This document shows positions 55,281 through 64,000 of a DNA stretch of 64,000 nucleotides, piece after piece; positions within the stretch are counted from its first letter, which is position 1, and every line of letters starts with the position of its first letter. This stretch comes from an uncultured Gemmataceae bacterium (lineage in GTDB: Bacteria; Planctomycetota; Planctomycetia; Gemmatales; Gemmataceae). The stretch is taken from the NCBI GenBank assembly GCA_963750165.1, contig CAVVPN010000012.1:1152001-1216000 (forward strand), written 5' to 3'. Under the pieces are notes generated by a model. The model was not told where the DNA came from. It did no database searches and was given only the letters and a program-made list of their open reading frames with translations. Made by a program: the position numbers and the translations under genes.

Positions 55281-56294
55281 ATGTGGTCAGTTGGCGATCG
55301 GGTGTTGGGGAAGCGGCCGGAGGAGCCGTTCTGGTATCCGGGCACGGTCAAACACAGCGACGGCACGCGCTATTTCGTGCTGTTCGACGACGGTGAGGAC
55401 GCGCTGCTGCCGGCGGCGGAGCTGGCGCGGCTGGAGTGGCAGGCGGGCGACCGCGTGTTCGTGCGGGCGGCGACGAGTCGGGCCTACACTGCAGCCACGG
55501 TCAGCGGCAAGGACGGCGATGCGCTGCAGGTGCGCTTCGACGATGGCCGGCAGGAGTGGACCTCGGCGGCGCGGTTGCGCGTCGATCCGGCGGCGCGGCG
55601 GCCGGCGCTGGCGGAGGAGGAAGCGGCGCCGCAGTGGACGCCGGGCGACGCGGTGCTGGCGTGCGGGCCGGATTCGTTCTGGTATCCCGGCGCCGTGCTG
55701 GCGCTGCGCGGCCGTCAGGTGCATGTGGTGCTCGACGACGGCAACCAGTTGCTGGCGGAGCCCGGCCAGTTGCGGAAGCTGACGGTCGAGATCGGCGACG
55801 CGGTGCAGGGACGCTGGCAGGGCGGCCCGGAGTTTTTCCCCGGCGAGGTCACACGGCGGGACGGCCAGGTGGTCCAGATCCGCTACGAAGATGGTGACGA
55901 GGAGGTGACGCTGCTGCGGTTGCTGCGCCTGGACCGCGACGACTGGCTGCCGGGCGAGATGAACTGGTCGGAGGGCGATCGAGTGCTGGGCCAGTGGCTG
56001 GACACCTGCTGGTACCCGGGGGTGGTGCTGGCGGTGAACGGCAAGCGCTTGCAGGTGCTGTTCGACGACGGCGATCAGGCGCTGCTGTCCGCGGCCAAGC
56101 TCAAGCGGCTGAGCGTGCAGGTGGGCGACCGCGTCGCCTGCCGGCGCGGCGGCGGCCAGATTTTCTACCCCGGTGAGGTCGCGGAAAAGCGCGGCGAGAC
56201 CATCCGCGTCCACTACGACGACGGCCAGGAAGAGACGACCACCGTTCGCCTGCTGCGCGTGGAGCCCGAGGGGATGCGCGAAGGGATGGAGTGA
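55281..56294 (+). CDS. Protein of six tandem Tudor/Agenet-like domains
   Basis: RBS aggagg; six ~50-aa units of GDxV..W/FYPGxV....V.F/YDDG. Confidence 0.8.
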   Translation: MWSVGDRVLGKRPEEPFWYPGTVKHSDGTRYFVLFDDGEDALLPAAELARLEWQAGDRVFVRAATSRAYTAATVSGKDGDALQVRFDDGRQEWTSAARLRVDPAARRPALAEEEAAPQWTPGDAVLACGPDSFWYPGAVLALRGRQVHVVLDDGNQLLAEPGQLRKLTVEIGDAVQGRWQGGPEFFPGEVTRRDGQVVQIRYEDGDEEVTLLRLLRLDRDDWLPGEMNWSEGDRVLGQWLDTCWYPGVVLAVNGKRLQVLFDDGDQALLSAAKLKRLSVQVGDRVACRRGGGQIFYPGEVAEKRGETIRVHYDDGQEETTTVRLLRVEPEGMREGME

Positions 56295-56316
56295 CGTTCG
56301 CGGTCGGCCTATCTTG

Positions 56317-56396
56317 CTCCCCTCGCCCCTTCAGGGGGAGAGGGGTCGGGGGTGAGGGGCCCCCAACCCCTCTCCCCCTGAAGGGGCGAGGGGAGT
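56317..56396. repeat. C/G-tract palindromic REP-like element
   Basis: ctcccctcgccccttcagggggagagggg...cccctctccccctgaaggggcgaggggag. Confidence 0.7.
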
Positions 56397-56414
56397 TCAA
56401 TTTCCCGAATCATC

Positions 56415-57770
56415 ATGAACCTGTGTCTGCCCGAGCTGGCGCTGGTGCTGCTGGTCGGCCCGTCGGGGTCCGGCAAGTCCACGTTCGCGCGCCGTCACTT
56501 CAAGCCGACCGAGGTGATGTCCTCCGACTTCTTCCGGGGCCTGGTGCGCGACGACGAGAACGACCAGTCCGCCAGCCGTGACGCCTTCGACGCGCTGCAC
56601 CTGGTGGCGGCGCGACGGCTGGCGGCCGGCCGGCTCACCGTCATCGACGCCACCAACCTCCAGGCTGAGGGTCGCAAGCCGCTGCTGATCCTGGCCAACA
56701 AATATCATGTGCCGCCGGTCGCTGTCGTCTTCGCCCTGGAGGAGGACGTTTGTCAGCGGCACAACCAGCAGCGTGCCGAGCGCGTTGTGCCGGTCACGGT
56801 GGTCAGCAACCACTGGCAACAACTGCAAACCGCCCTCGCCGCCCTGGGACGCGAACACTTCCAGCACGTCTACGTGTTACGCAGCCTCGAAGAGGTGGCC
56901 GCGGCCCGGGTCGAACGGCTGCCGCTGCCGGTGGATCGCCGCGCCGAGCACGGGCCTTTCGACGTGATCGGCGATGTGCACGGCTGCTTCGACGAACTGA
57001 TGCTGCTGTTGCAAAAGCTCGGCTACGAGGTGCATCCGCGGGAGCCGCCGCCGGACGGGGCTGGCTTCGCGGTGCGTGGGCCGGAGGGGCGCAAGGTGGT
57101 GTTCGTCGGCGATCTGGTGGACCGCGGCCCGCGGACGCCGGCGGCGCTGCGGCTGGTGATGAGCATGGCCCGCACCGGCCTGGCGCTGAGCGTGCGCGGC
57201 AACCACGACGACAAGCTGCTGCGCAAGCTGCAAGGCCGCGACGTAAGGTTGACGCACGGCCTGGCCGAGTCGCTGGAGCAACTGGGTCGGGAGCCGCCGG
57301 GCTTCCTGGACCGCGTCCGCGACTTTCTGGAGATGCTACCGAGCCATTACGTGCTGGACGGCGGCAAGCTGGTGGTGGCGCACGCGGGCATCAAGGAGGA
57401 GATGCAGGGCCGGATGTCGGAGCGAGTGCGTGTGTTCGCGCTGTTCGGCGACACGACCGGCGAGATGGCTGCGGACGGGCTGCCGGTGCGGCGCAACTGG
57501 GCGGCGGACTACCACGGCCGGGCGCTGGTGGTCTACGGTCACACGCCGGTGCTGGAGCCGATCCGCGTGCAGCGCACCGTCAATATCGACACCGGCTGCG
57601 TCTTCGGCGGCCAGCTGACCGCCCTGCGCTACCCGGAAATGGAGCCGGTGTCAGTGCCGGCGGCGCGGCAGTACTGCGCGCCGCACCGCCAGCTGCTGAC
57701 GAGTCTGGACGTGCCGACGCCGCTGCGCATCGGCTGGCGCCGGCCGGAGCGGATGCCGCCGGGGGCGTGA
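56415..57770 (+). CDS. Polynucleotide kinase-phosphatase (Pnkp) lacking the C-terminal ligase domain
   Basis: GPSGSGKST and DATN kinase motifs; GDVHG, GDLVDRG, GNHD, YGHTP and IDTGCVFGG phosphoesterase motifs; only 451 aa. Confidence 0.88.
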   Translation: MNLCLPELALVLLVGPSGSGKSTFARRHFKPTEVMSSDFFRGLVRDDENDQSASRDAFDALHLVAARRLAAGRLTVIDATNLQAEGRKPLLILANKYHVPPVAVVFALEEDVCQRHNQQRAERVVPVTVVSNHWQQLQTALAALGREHFQHVYVLRSLEEVAAARVERLPLPVDRRAEHGPFDVIGDVHGCFDELMLLLQKLGYEVHPREPPPDGAGFAVRGPEGRKVVFVGDLVDRGPRTPAALRLVMSMARTGLALSVRGNHDDKLLRKLQGRDVRLTHGLAESLEQLGREPPGFLDRVRDFLEMLPSHYVLDGGKLVVAHAGIKEEMQGRMSERVRVFALFGDTTGEMAADGLPVRRNWAADYHGRALVVYGHTPVLEPIRVQRTVNIDTGCVFGGQLTALRYPEMEPVSVPAARQYCAPHRQLLTSLDVPTPLRIGWRRPERMPPGA

Positions 57771-57824
57771 CGCCGCTGATAGAATGGACGCGAAGACACA
57801 GCTTCAAACGGGGAGTAAGATCCG

Positions 57825-58571
57825 ATGCCAATCCATGATTGGACGCGCGTGAGCGCCGGTACGTGGCATGCGTTTCACCTGAGTTGGATTGTTGAGATTC
57901 AACTCGCGCTCAACGACGGGCTGTTGCCGGCGGATTACTACGCCCAGGCCGAACAAATCGCCGGGCCGCTCGGGCCGGATGTGCTCACCCTTCAGGAGTC
58001 GAACGGGACTCCGAACGAACCGGTCGCGCAACCTTCCGGTGGCGGCATTGCGGTCGCCACCGCCCCGCCGCGAATGCGGGTCGCCGCCGAAGCCGAGATG
58101 AACGACTATGTCCTGAAGCGCCGTACGTTGGTGATCCGTCACACCAGCGGCGACCGCATCGTCGCCTTGCTGGAGATCGTCTCGCCGGGGAACAAGTCGG
58201 CACGCCACGCCATCCGCGCGTTCGTCGAGAAGGCGGTGGAAGCGCTGTACCGCGGCTATCACCTGCTCATCGTGGACCTGTTCCCGCCCGGCCCGCGCGA
58301 CCCCAACGGCATTCACGCCCGAATCTGGGGCGAGATCAGCGACGCCCCCTTCGAGCTGCCGCCGGACGAGCCGCTCACCCTGGCCGCGTACTCCGCCGGG
58401 CCGGTCAAGCGGGCTTACGTCGAGCCAACCGCCGTCAGCCGGGAACTGATCGACATGCCGCTGTTCCTCGACCCCGAGACCTACGTCAACGTGCCGCTGG
58501 AGGCGACCTACCAGGCCGCGTACCGCGGTGTGCCGCGCCGCTGGCGTGAAGTGCTGGAAGTGATCTCGTAG
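57825..58571 (+). CDS. DUF4058 family protein
   Basis: MPIHDWTRVSAGTWHAFH, EIVSPGNK and HLLIVDLFPP motifs. Confidence 0.8.
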   Translation: MPIHDWTRVSAGTWHAFHLSWIVEIQLALNDGLLPADYYAQAEQIAGPLGPDVLTLQESNGTPNEPVAQPSGGGIAVATAPPRMRVAAEAEMNDYVLKRRTLVIRHTSGDRIVALLEIVSPGNKSARHAIRAFVEKAVEALYRGYHLLIVDLFPPGPRDPNGIHARIWGEISDAPFELPPDEPLTLAAYSAGPVKRAYVEPTAVSRELIDMPLFLDPETYVNVPLEATYQAAYRGVPRRWREVLEVIS

Positions 58572-58664
58572 CGCTGCGGACTCCCCGTTGCCGGCACGGC
58601 CACTTTGCTTCCCTCCGGCATAGAATGGCTCTGTTTCCGGGGATGTTCCTGCCTGGGCGAAGCG

Positions 58665-59234
58665 ATGTCCGACGTGACGCAACTGCTGAACGCGATGGAC
58701 CGGGGCGACCCGCACGCCGCCGCGCAGCTGCTGCCTTTGGTCTACGACGAACTACGCCGCCTCGCCGCCGCCCGGTTAGCCGTCGAGCCGTCCGGCAACA
58801 CGCTGCAGCCGACCGCCCTCGTCCACGAAGCGTACCTGCGGCTGGTTGGCACCCCCGCCGGCGACCAGTGGGACCACCGCGGCCACTTCTTCGCCGCCGC
58901 GGCCGAGGCCATGCGCCGCATCCTCATCGACCAGGCCCGCCAGAAGGCCGCCCTGCGCCACGGCGGTGCGCTGCAGCGCCAGGCACTCGACCCGAATGCC
59001 GCCACCATCCCCGAACCCCGCGAAGATTTACTCGCGCTGAACGAGGCACTGGACAAGCTGGCGATCGAAGACCCTCTCAAAGCCAATCTCGTCAAGCTCC
59101 GCTATTTCGTTGGGTTGAGTCTCACCGAGGCCGCCGCCGCGCTCGACCTGTCCGAGCGGACGGCCAGCCGGCACTGGGCCTACGCCCGCGCCTGGCTGCG
59201 CCGGGCCGTGGAGGGACCGCAGGAAAAAAATTAA
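58665..59234 (+). CDS. TIGR02999-type ECF sigma factor
   Basis: LLPLVYDELRRLA, TLQPTALVHEAYLRL, FFAAAAEAMRRIL and WAYARAWL motifs. Confidence 0.9.
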   Translation: MSDVTQLLNAMDRGDPHAAAQLLPLVYDELRRLAAARLAVEPSGNTLQPTALVHEAYLRLVGTPAGDQWDHRGHFFAAAAEAMRRILIDQARQKAALRHGGALQRQALDPNAATIPEPREDLLALNEALDKLAIEDPLKANLVKLRYFVGLSLTEAAAALDLSERTASRHWAYARAWLRRAVEGPQEKN

Positions 59235-59312
59235 AAAACGTTGTCCAGCTTTCGGTCGGAATTTCGCATTGGGAACGAGGTGCCGTAACGGCATTCCTGA
59301 GGGATGTTCGCC

Positions 59313-61655
59313 ATGACGGAAGAACAGGTCTTTCTGGCGGCCCTGGAGCTGGCCAACCCGGCCGACCGTATTGCTTACCTGAACAAGGTCTGTGGCGGGG
59401 ACGTGGAGTTCCGCAGCCAGGTCGAAGACCTGCTGGCCGCTCACTTCCGCTCGGGGCCGTTCCTGGATGAGCCGCTCGGCCAGCAGCTGGCGGCCGGCGC
59501 GGCGACGCCGATCAACGAGAACACCTTGAGCCTGCGCGGCAAGCCGGAAGGAGATGCCGTGGCCGACGCCAAGAACCAGGAACCCGACCTGCATTTCTTG
59601 CAACCGTCCGCCCGCGCCAACGCGCTCGGCCGGATCGGCCACTACGACGTGTTGCAGATCCTCGGCAAAGGCGGGTTCGGCATCGTCTTCCGGGCCTTCG
59701 ACGACATGCTGCAGCGCGTGGTGGCGCTCAAGGTGCTCGCCCCCGCGATCGCCGCCACCTCGCCGGCCCGCAAGCGCTTCTCGCGCGAAGCCCGCTCGTC
59801 CGCAAAGGTCCGCCACGAGAATGTCATCCAGGTGTACGCCGTCGAGGAGCACCCGGTGCCCTACCTGGTGATGGAGTTCATCCCCGGCGAGTCCCTCCAG
59901 CAACGGCTGGACCGCGTCGGCCCGCTGGAAACGCCGGAGATCGTGCAAATCGGCCGGCAGATCGCCGAGGGACTGGCCGCTGCCCACGCCACGGGGCTCA
60001 TCCACCGCGACATCAAGCCGGGCAACGTGCTCCTCGAAAGCGGGCACCAACGGGTCAAGATCAGCGACTTCGGCCTGGCGCGGGCGGCCGACGACGCCAG
60101 CCTGAGCCAGAGCGGCGTGCTGGCCGGCACCCCCATGTACATGGCCCCGGAGCAGGCCAGAGGCGATTCGCTCGACCACCGGGCCGACCTGTTCAGCCTC
60201 GGCAGCGTGCTGTACATCATGGCCAGCGGCCGACCGCCGTTCCGTGCTTCGACCACCTATGCCGTGCTCAAGCGCGTGGTGGACGACACCCCGCGACCGA
60301 TCCGCGAGGTGATTCCAGAAGTGCCGCAATGGCTGTGCGACATCATCGCCAGGCTGCACGCCAAGAAGCCGGAGGAGCGCTTCCAGTCGGCCCGCGAAGT
60401 GGCCGATGTCCTCGCCGATTGCGAGTCTCAGCTCAAGGCGAACGCCCGGCTCAAGGATTTCTCCCGGATCCCCCGAAGCAAACCCGCAGCCGGGCGATCC
60501 GGCCGGTGGAAATGGGTCGCGGCAACCGCCCTGTTGCTTCCCCTCCTCGCCCTGGCGCTGACGGAGATCGCTGGCATAACGCATCTGTTCCGGGATCGGG
60601 ACGCAACACCGATTGCCAGGGTGGACCCACCGAAGAAGGACGATCCGCCCCCCAGGGTCGTGGCGCCGCCGAAGCAGAAGGACGATGCGATTCCCTCAGT
60701 CAGCGATGCCGACAGGAAACGGATCGCCGCGCTGCCGGCCGCCGAACAGATCGAGGAAGTGCGCAAGGAGCTGAAGCGGCGCAATCCGAACTTTGATGGG
60801 CAGCTCAACCCCATGATCGAGGATGGCGTGGTGACGGGCCTGGAGTTCTCGGCGGACCAGGTGAGCGACATTTCGCCGGTGCGCGTGCTAACGAAATTGC
60901 GGTCGCTCGAATGTTCTGGCAGCGATGTTGACCGTGGTCAACTGGGCGCCCGCGGGCTCCTGCCGCTCAAAGGGTTGCCGCTGACGAACCTGATCTGCCG
61001 CTATTCGCCCATCACTGACCTCTCACCGCTGAAGGAAATGGAGCTGACGACCCTTGACCTCAGACACACGAATGTCAGCGACGCGGACGTGAAAAATCTG
61101 GCCGGCCTGAAAAAACTTCACTGGCTCAGCCTTTGGGGCACCAGGGTGACGAACGTGGGCCTGAAGGAGCTGGCCGGCCTGAAAAAACTTCAGTGGCTCA
61201 GCCTCGAAAACACCGGGGTAACGGACGTGGGCCTGAAGGAACTCGCCGGTCTGCAAAACCTCACGCATCTGAGCCTCTACGCCGTCCCGACAGTGACGGA
61301 CGCGGGCGTGGAGCCGCTGGCTGGCCTCAAGGCGCTCCAGTGGTTAGACCTCCGCGGAACGAGTGTAACGGACGCCGGTGCCAGGAAGCTCGCCGCCCTG
61401 CTGCCGTCGCTCAAGATCGAACGGCTCGGCGCCGCCATCGAGCCGATGGTGAAGGACAATCCGCCGCCGCCAGCACTCGCTGCGTTCACCGATGCCGACG
61501 TCCAGCGGATCGCTGCGCTGCCCGCCGCCGAACAGGTCGAGGAAGTGCGGAAGGAGTTGCAGCGGCGCAATCCGGACTTTGAGGGTCCGGTGCGGCGCAA
61601 GATCGAAAACGACACCCCGGCCGCGGAGTTCTTGAAGAGCGTCGAGAAGAAGTGA
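59313..61655 (+). CDS. Ser/Thr kinase with TM and LRR ectodomain
   Basis: GKGGFG, HRDIKPGN, DFGLA and GTPMYMAPE motifs; TM; LAGLKKLxWL LRRs. Confidence 0.92.
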   Translation: MTEEQVFLAALELANPADRIAYLNKVCGGDVEFRSQVEDLLAAHFRSGPFLDEPLGQQLAAGAATPINENTLSLRGKPEGDAVADAKNQEPDLHFLQPSARANALGRIGHYDVLQILGKGGFGIVFRAFDDMLQRVVALKVLAPAIAATSPARKRFSREARSSAKVRHENVIQVYAVEEHPVPYLVMEFIPGESLQQRLDRVGPLETPEIVQIGRQIAEGLAAAHATGLIHRDIKPGNVLLESGHQRVKISDFGLARAADDASLSQSGVLAGTPMYMAPEQARGDSLDHRADLFSLGSVLYIMASGRPPFRASTTYAVLKRVVDDTPRPIREVIPEVPQWLCDIIARLHAKKPEERFQSAREVADVLADCESQLKANARLKDFSRIPRSKPAAGRSGRWKWVAATALLLPLLALALTEIAGITHLFRDRDATPIARVDPPKKDDPPPRVVAPPKQKDDAIPSVSDADRKRIAALPAAEQIEEVRKELKRRNPNFDGQLNPMIEDGVVTGLEFSADQVSDISPVRVLTKLRSLECSGSDVDRGQLGARGLLPLKGLPLTNLICRYSPITDLSPLKEMELTTLDLRHTNVSDADVKNLAGLKKLHWLSLWGTRVTNVGLKELAGLKKLQWLSLENTGVTDVGLKELAGLQNLTHLSLYAVPTVTDAGVEPLAGLKALQWLDLRGTSVTDAGARKLAALLPSLKIERLGAAIEPMVKDNPPPPALAAFTDADVQRIAALPAAEQVEEVRKELQRRNPDFEGPVRRKIENDTPAAEFLKSVEKK

Positions 61656-61734
61656 CCACCGGCCCCGCGCCCGCACCCCACTTGCTCATCCCGACGCTTG
61701 CGTGCCGCGCGCCGCCACGGTACGCTCGACCGTC

Positions 61735-62316
61735 ATGAGTGAAGTCACCCACATCCTGAGCGCCATCGACCAGGGCGACCCGCGCGCCGCCGAACAGCTG
61801 CTGCCGCTGGTCTACGACGAGCTGCGCCGCCTGGCCGCGCAGAAGTTGGCCCAGGAACAGCCCGGCCAGACCCTGGACGCCACCGCGCTGGTCCACGAAG
61901 CGTACCTGCGCCTGGTGGCGAGCCCCCTGCATGAGCGGGGGGAGGAACCTCAGTGGGATGGCCGCGGTCATTTCTTCGCCGCCGCGGCCGAGGCGATGCG
62001 CCGCATCCTCATCGATCGGGCGCGGGCGAAGCGCACCGAGAAGCGCGGCGGCAATCGCAAGCGCCTCGACATTGACGCCATCGACCTGGCCACCACAGCC
62101 GCGCCGGACCAGTTGCTGGCCCTCGACGAGGCCCTGGCGAAGCTGGCCAGCGGCGACCCGGCGGCAGCGCGGCTCGTCGAGCTGCGCTACTTCGCGGGGC
62201 TGACCGTGGACGAGGCCGGACGGGCTCTCGGCATGTCCACCGCCACCGCCTACCGGCACTGGAACTTCGCCCGCGCCTGGCTGCACGTCGAACTGCGCGA
62301 CGATCCGGCTACCTGA
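61735..62316 (+). CDS. TIGR02999-type ECF sigma factor (second copy)
   Basis: Same motifs as the copy at 58665, with TLDATALVHEAYLRL. Confidence 0.9.
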   Translation: MSEVTHILSAIDQGDPRAAEQLLPLVYDELRRLAAQKLAQEQPGQTLDATALVHEAYLRLVASPLHERGEEPQWDGRGHFFAAAAEAMRRILIDRARAKRTEKRGGNRKRLDIDAIDLATTAAPDQLLALDEALAKLASGDPAAARLVELRYFAGLTVDEAGRALGMSTATAYRHWNFARAWLHVELRDDPAT

Positions 62317-62344
62317 TCCGGCAGCGCCAGCGCGGGGCTTGTTT

Positions 62345-62410
62345 GTAGTCCGAGCCCGAGCGCCAGCGCGGGGCCTGCGCTGCCCCGCGCTGGCGCTCGG
62401 GCTCCGACCC
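62345..62410. repeat. REP-like palindrome family B
   Basis: gagcccgagcgccagcgcgggg...ccccgcgctggcgctcgggctc. Confidence 0.7.
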
Positions 62411-62517
62411 ACCCGACCACAACACAATTTTTCACTTTCTTCCCGCGCCGTGAGAAAATCAGCGTGCCGATTCCGCATTGGAGTGCAGAGGAGGCCCCGT
62501 GCCAGGGGGCAACGATC

Positions 62518-64000
62518 ATGAGCGACCCATCCAACCAGGCCAAGTCGATCTTTCTGGCGGCCCTCGAGGGGCACTCGCCGGAGCAGTGGCCGGCGTTCCT
62601 GGAGCGCGCCTGCGGCGGCGACGCCGGGCTCCGTGCCGAGGTTGAGAAGTTGCTGCACGCACGGGCCGAACTGGGCTCGTTCCACGAGGCGCCGCGGTCG
62701 GGGACCACCGTCGATGCGGCGGTGGGCGAGCAGCCCGGCGCGGCGATCGGGCGCTACAAGCTATTGGAGCAGATCGGCGAGGGTGGCTTCGGGGTCGTCT
62801 TCATGGCCGAGCAACAGCAGCCGGTCCGCCGCCGCGTGGCCCTGAAGGTGCTCAAGCCGGGCATGGACACCCGGCAGGTCGTGGCGCGCTTCGAGCAGGA
62901 GCGGCAGGCGCTGGCGCTGATGGACCATCCCAACATCGCCCGCATCCTCGACGGCGGCGCCACCGACAGCGGCCGGCCTTACTTCGTCATGGAGCTGGTC
63001 AAGGGCGTGCCCGTGACCGCCTTCTGTGACCAGAACCACCTGGGCATCCGCGAGCGGCTCGACCTGTTCGTCAGCGTCTGTCAGGCGGTGCAGCACGCGC
63101 ACCAGAAGGGCGTCATCCACCGCGACCTCAAGCCAGGGAACGTCCTGGTCACGCTGCACGACGGCAGACCGGTGGCCAAGGTCATTGACTTCGGCATCGC
63201 CAAGGCGACCGGACCGCAGCTGACCGACAGGACGCTGTTCACGCACTTCGCGCAGCTGGTCGGCACGCCGCTGTACATGGCCCCCGAACAGGCGGAGCTG
63301 AGCGGTCTGGACCTCGACACGCGCTGCGACATCTACAGCCTGGGCGTGCTGCTCTACGAACTGCTGACCGGCACGACACCGTTCGAGAAGGAGCGCTTTC
63401 ACGGGGCGGGCTTCGACGAAATCCGCCGCATCATCCGCGAGGAGGAGCCGCCGAAGCCGAGCACGCGCATGAGCACGGCCGGCCCGGCGGCGGCAACGAC
63501 CTCGACGAAGCGCCGTAGCGACCCGCGCAAGCTGAGCCGGCTGTTCCGCGGCGAACTGGACTGGGTGGTGATGCAGGCGCTGGAGAAGGACCGCAACCGC
63601 CGCTACGAGTCGGCCAGCGCCTTCGCGGCGGACGTACAGCGCTACCTGGCGGACGAGCCGGTGCTGGCGTGCCCGCCGAGCGCGGGCTACCGGCTGCGGA
63701 AGCTCGTGCGGCGGCACCGGGGCAAGGTGACGGCGGCCGTGGCGATGCTGACGCTGTTGCTGGCCGGGACGGCGGTGAGCACCTGGCAGGCGGTGCGGGC
63801 CACGCAAGCCGAGCGGGAAACCGCCGATGCCCTGGTCCAGGTGACGGCCGAGCAGACGAAGACCGCGGCGGCCCTGACGGCGGCGCGCGACGTGCTGGAC
63901 ACGCTCACCGACGACGTGGTGCAGACCATGTTCGCCCGGCAGCCAGAGTTGGGAGAGACGGAGCGGGCGTTCCTGCGCAAGGTGCTCGGGTTTTACCAGG
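62518..64000 (+). CDS. Ser/Thr protein kinase with TM (partial; runs off the window end)
   Basis: Own translation: MSDPSNQAKSIFLAAL..GEGGFG..HRDLKPGN..DFGIAK..GTPLYMAPE. Confidence 0.9.
   Translation, partial: MSDPSNQAKSIFLAALEGHSPEQWPAFLERACGGDAGLRAEVEKLLHARAELGSFHEAPRSGTTVDAAVGEQPGAAIGRYKLLEQIGEGGFGVVFMAEQQQPVRRRVALKVLKPGMDTRQVVARFEQERQALALMDHPNIARILDGGATDSGRPYFVMELVKGVPVTAFCDQNHLGIRERLDLFVSVCQAVQHAHQKGVIHRDLKPGNVLVTLHDGRPVAKVIDFGIAKATGPQLTDRTLFTHFAQLVGTPLYMAPEQAELSGLDLDTRCDIYSLGVLLYELLTGTTPFEKERFHGAGFDEIRRIIREEEPPKPSTRMSTAGPAAATTSTKRRSDPRKLSRLFRGELDWVVMQALEKDRNRRYESASAFAADVQRYLADEPVLACPPSAGYRLRKLVRRHRGKVTAAVAMLTLLLAGTAVSTWQAVRATQAERETADALVQVTAEQTKTAAALTAARDVLDTLTDDVVQTMFARQPELGETERAFLRKVLGFYQ

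Overview
GC-rich bacterial DNA with many Planctomycetota (Gemmataceae-like) hallmarks: a LEQLETRDLP extracellular motif, a DUF1559 prepilin-like gene, DUF1570, DUF4058, TIGR03067-type and TIGR02999-type ECF sigma factors paired with Ser/Thr kinases, and many REP-like palindromes. About 50 genes are present, covering metabolism (sulfatase, 2-hydroxyacid dehydrogenase, FadB, acyl-CoA ligase, PurC, carboxyltransferase), transport (RND pump with a two-component system, K+ channel, CrcB) and signalling. About 13 genes are split by apparent single-base frameshifts, most likely uncorrected sequencing indels. Highlights: (1) an accessory block at ~48.1-57.8 kb with a rarA remnant, a toxin/immunity-like pair, an unknown-protein + radical SAM/SPASM + FGE-domain operon, a P-loop ATPase, a protein of six Tudor-like domains and a ligase-less Pnkp; (2) a selenoprotein peroxiredoxin with an in-frame UGA (UxxC) and a SECIS-like hairpin, which the ORF track splits in two; (3) a duplicated 3' gene end bracketing cargo genes; (4) a solitary attC-like site; (5) a kinase with nine 144-bp TPR repeats. 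No rRNA, tRNA, CRISPR array, integrase, transposase or reverse transcriptase was recognised. All family assignments come from motif recognition by eye, not from database searches.
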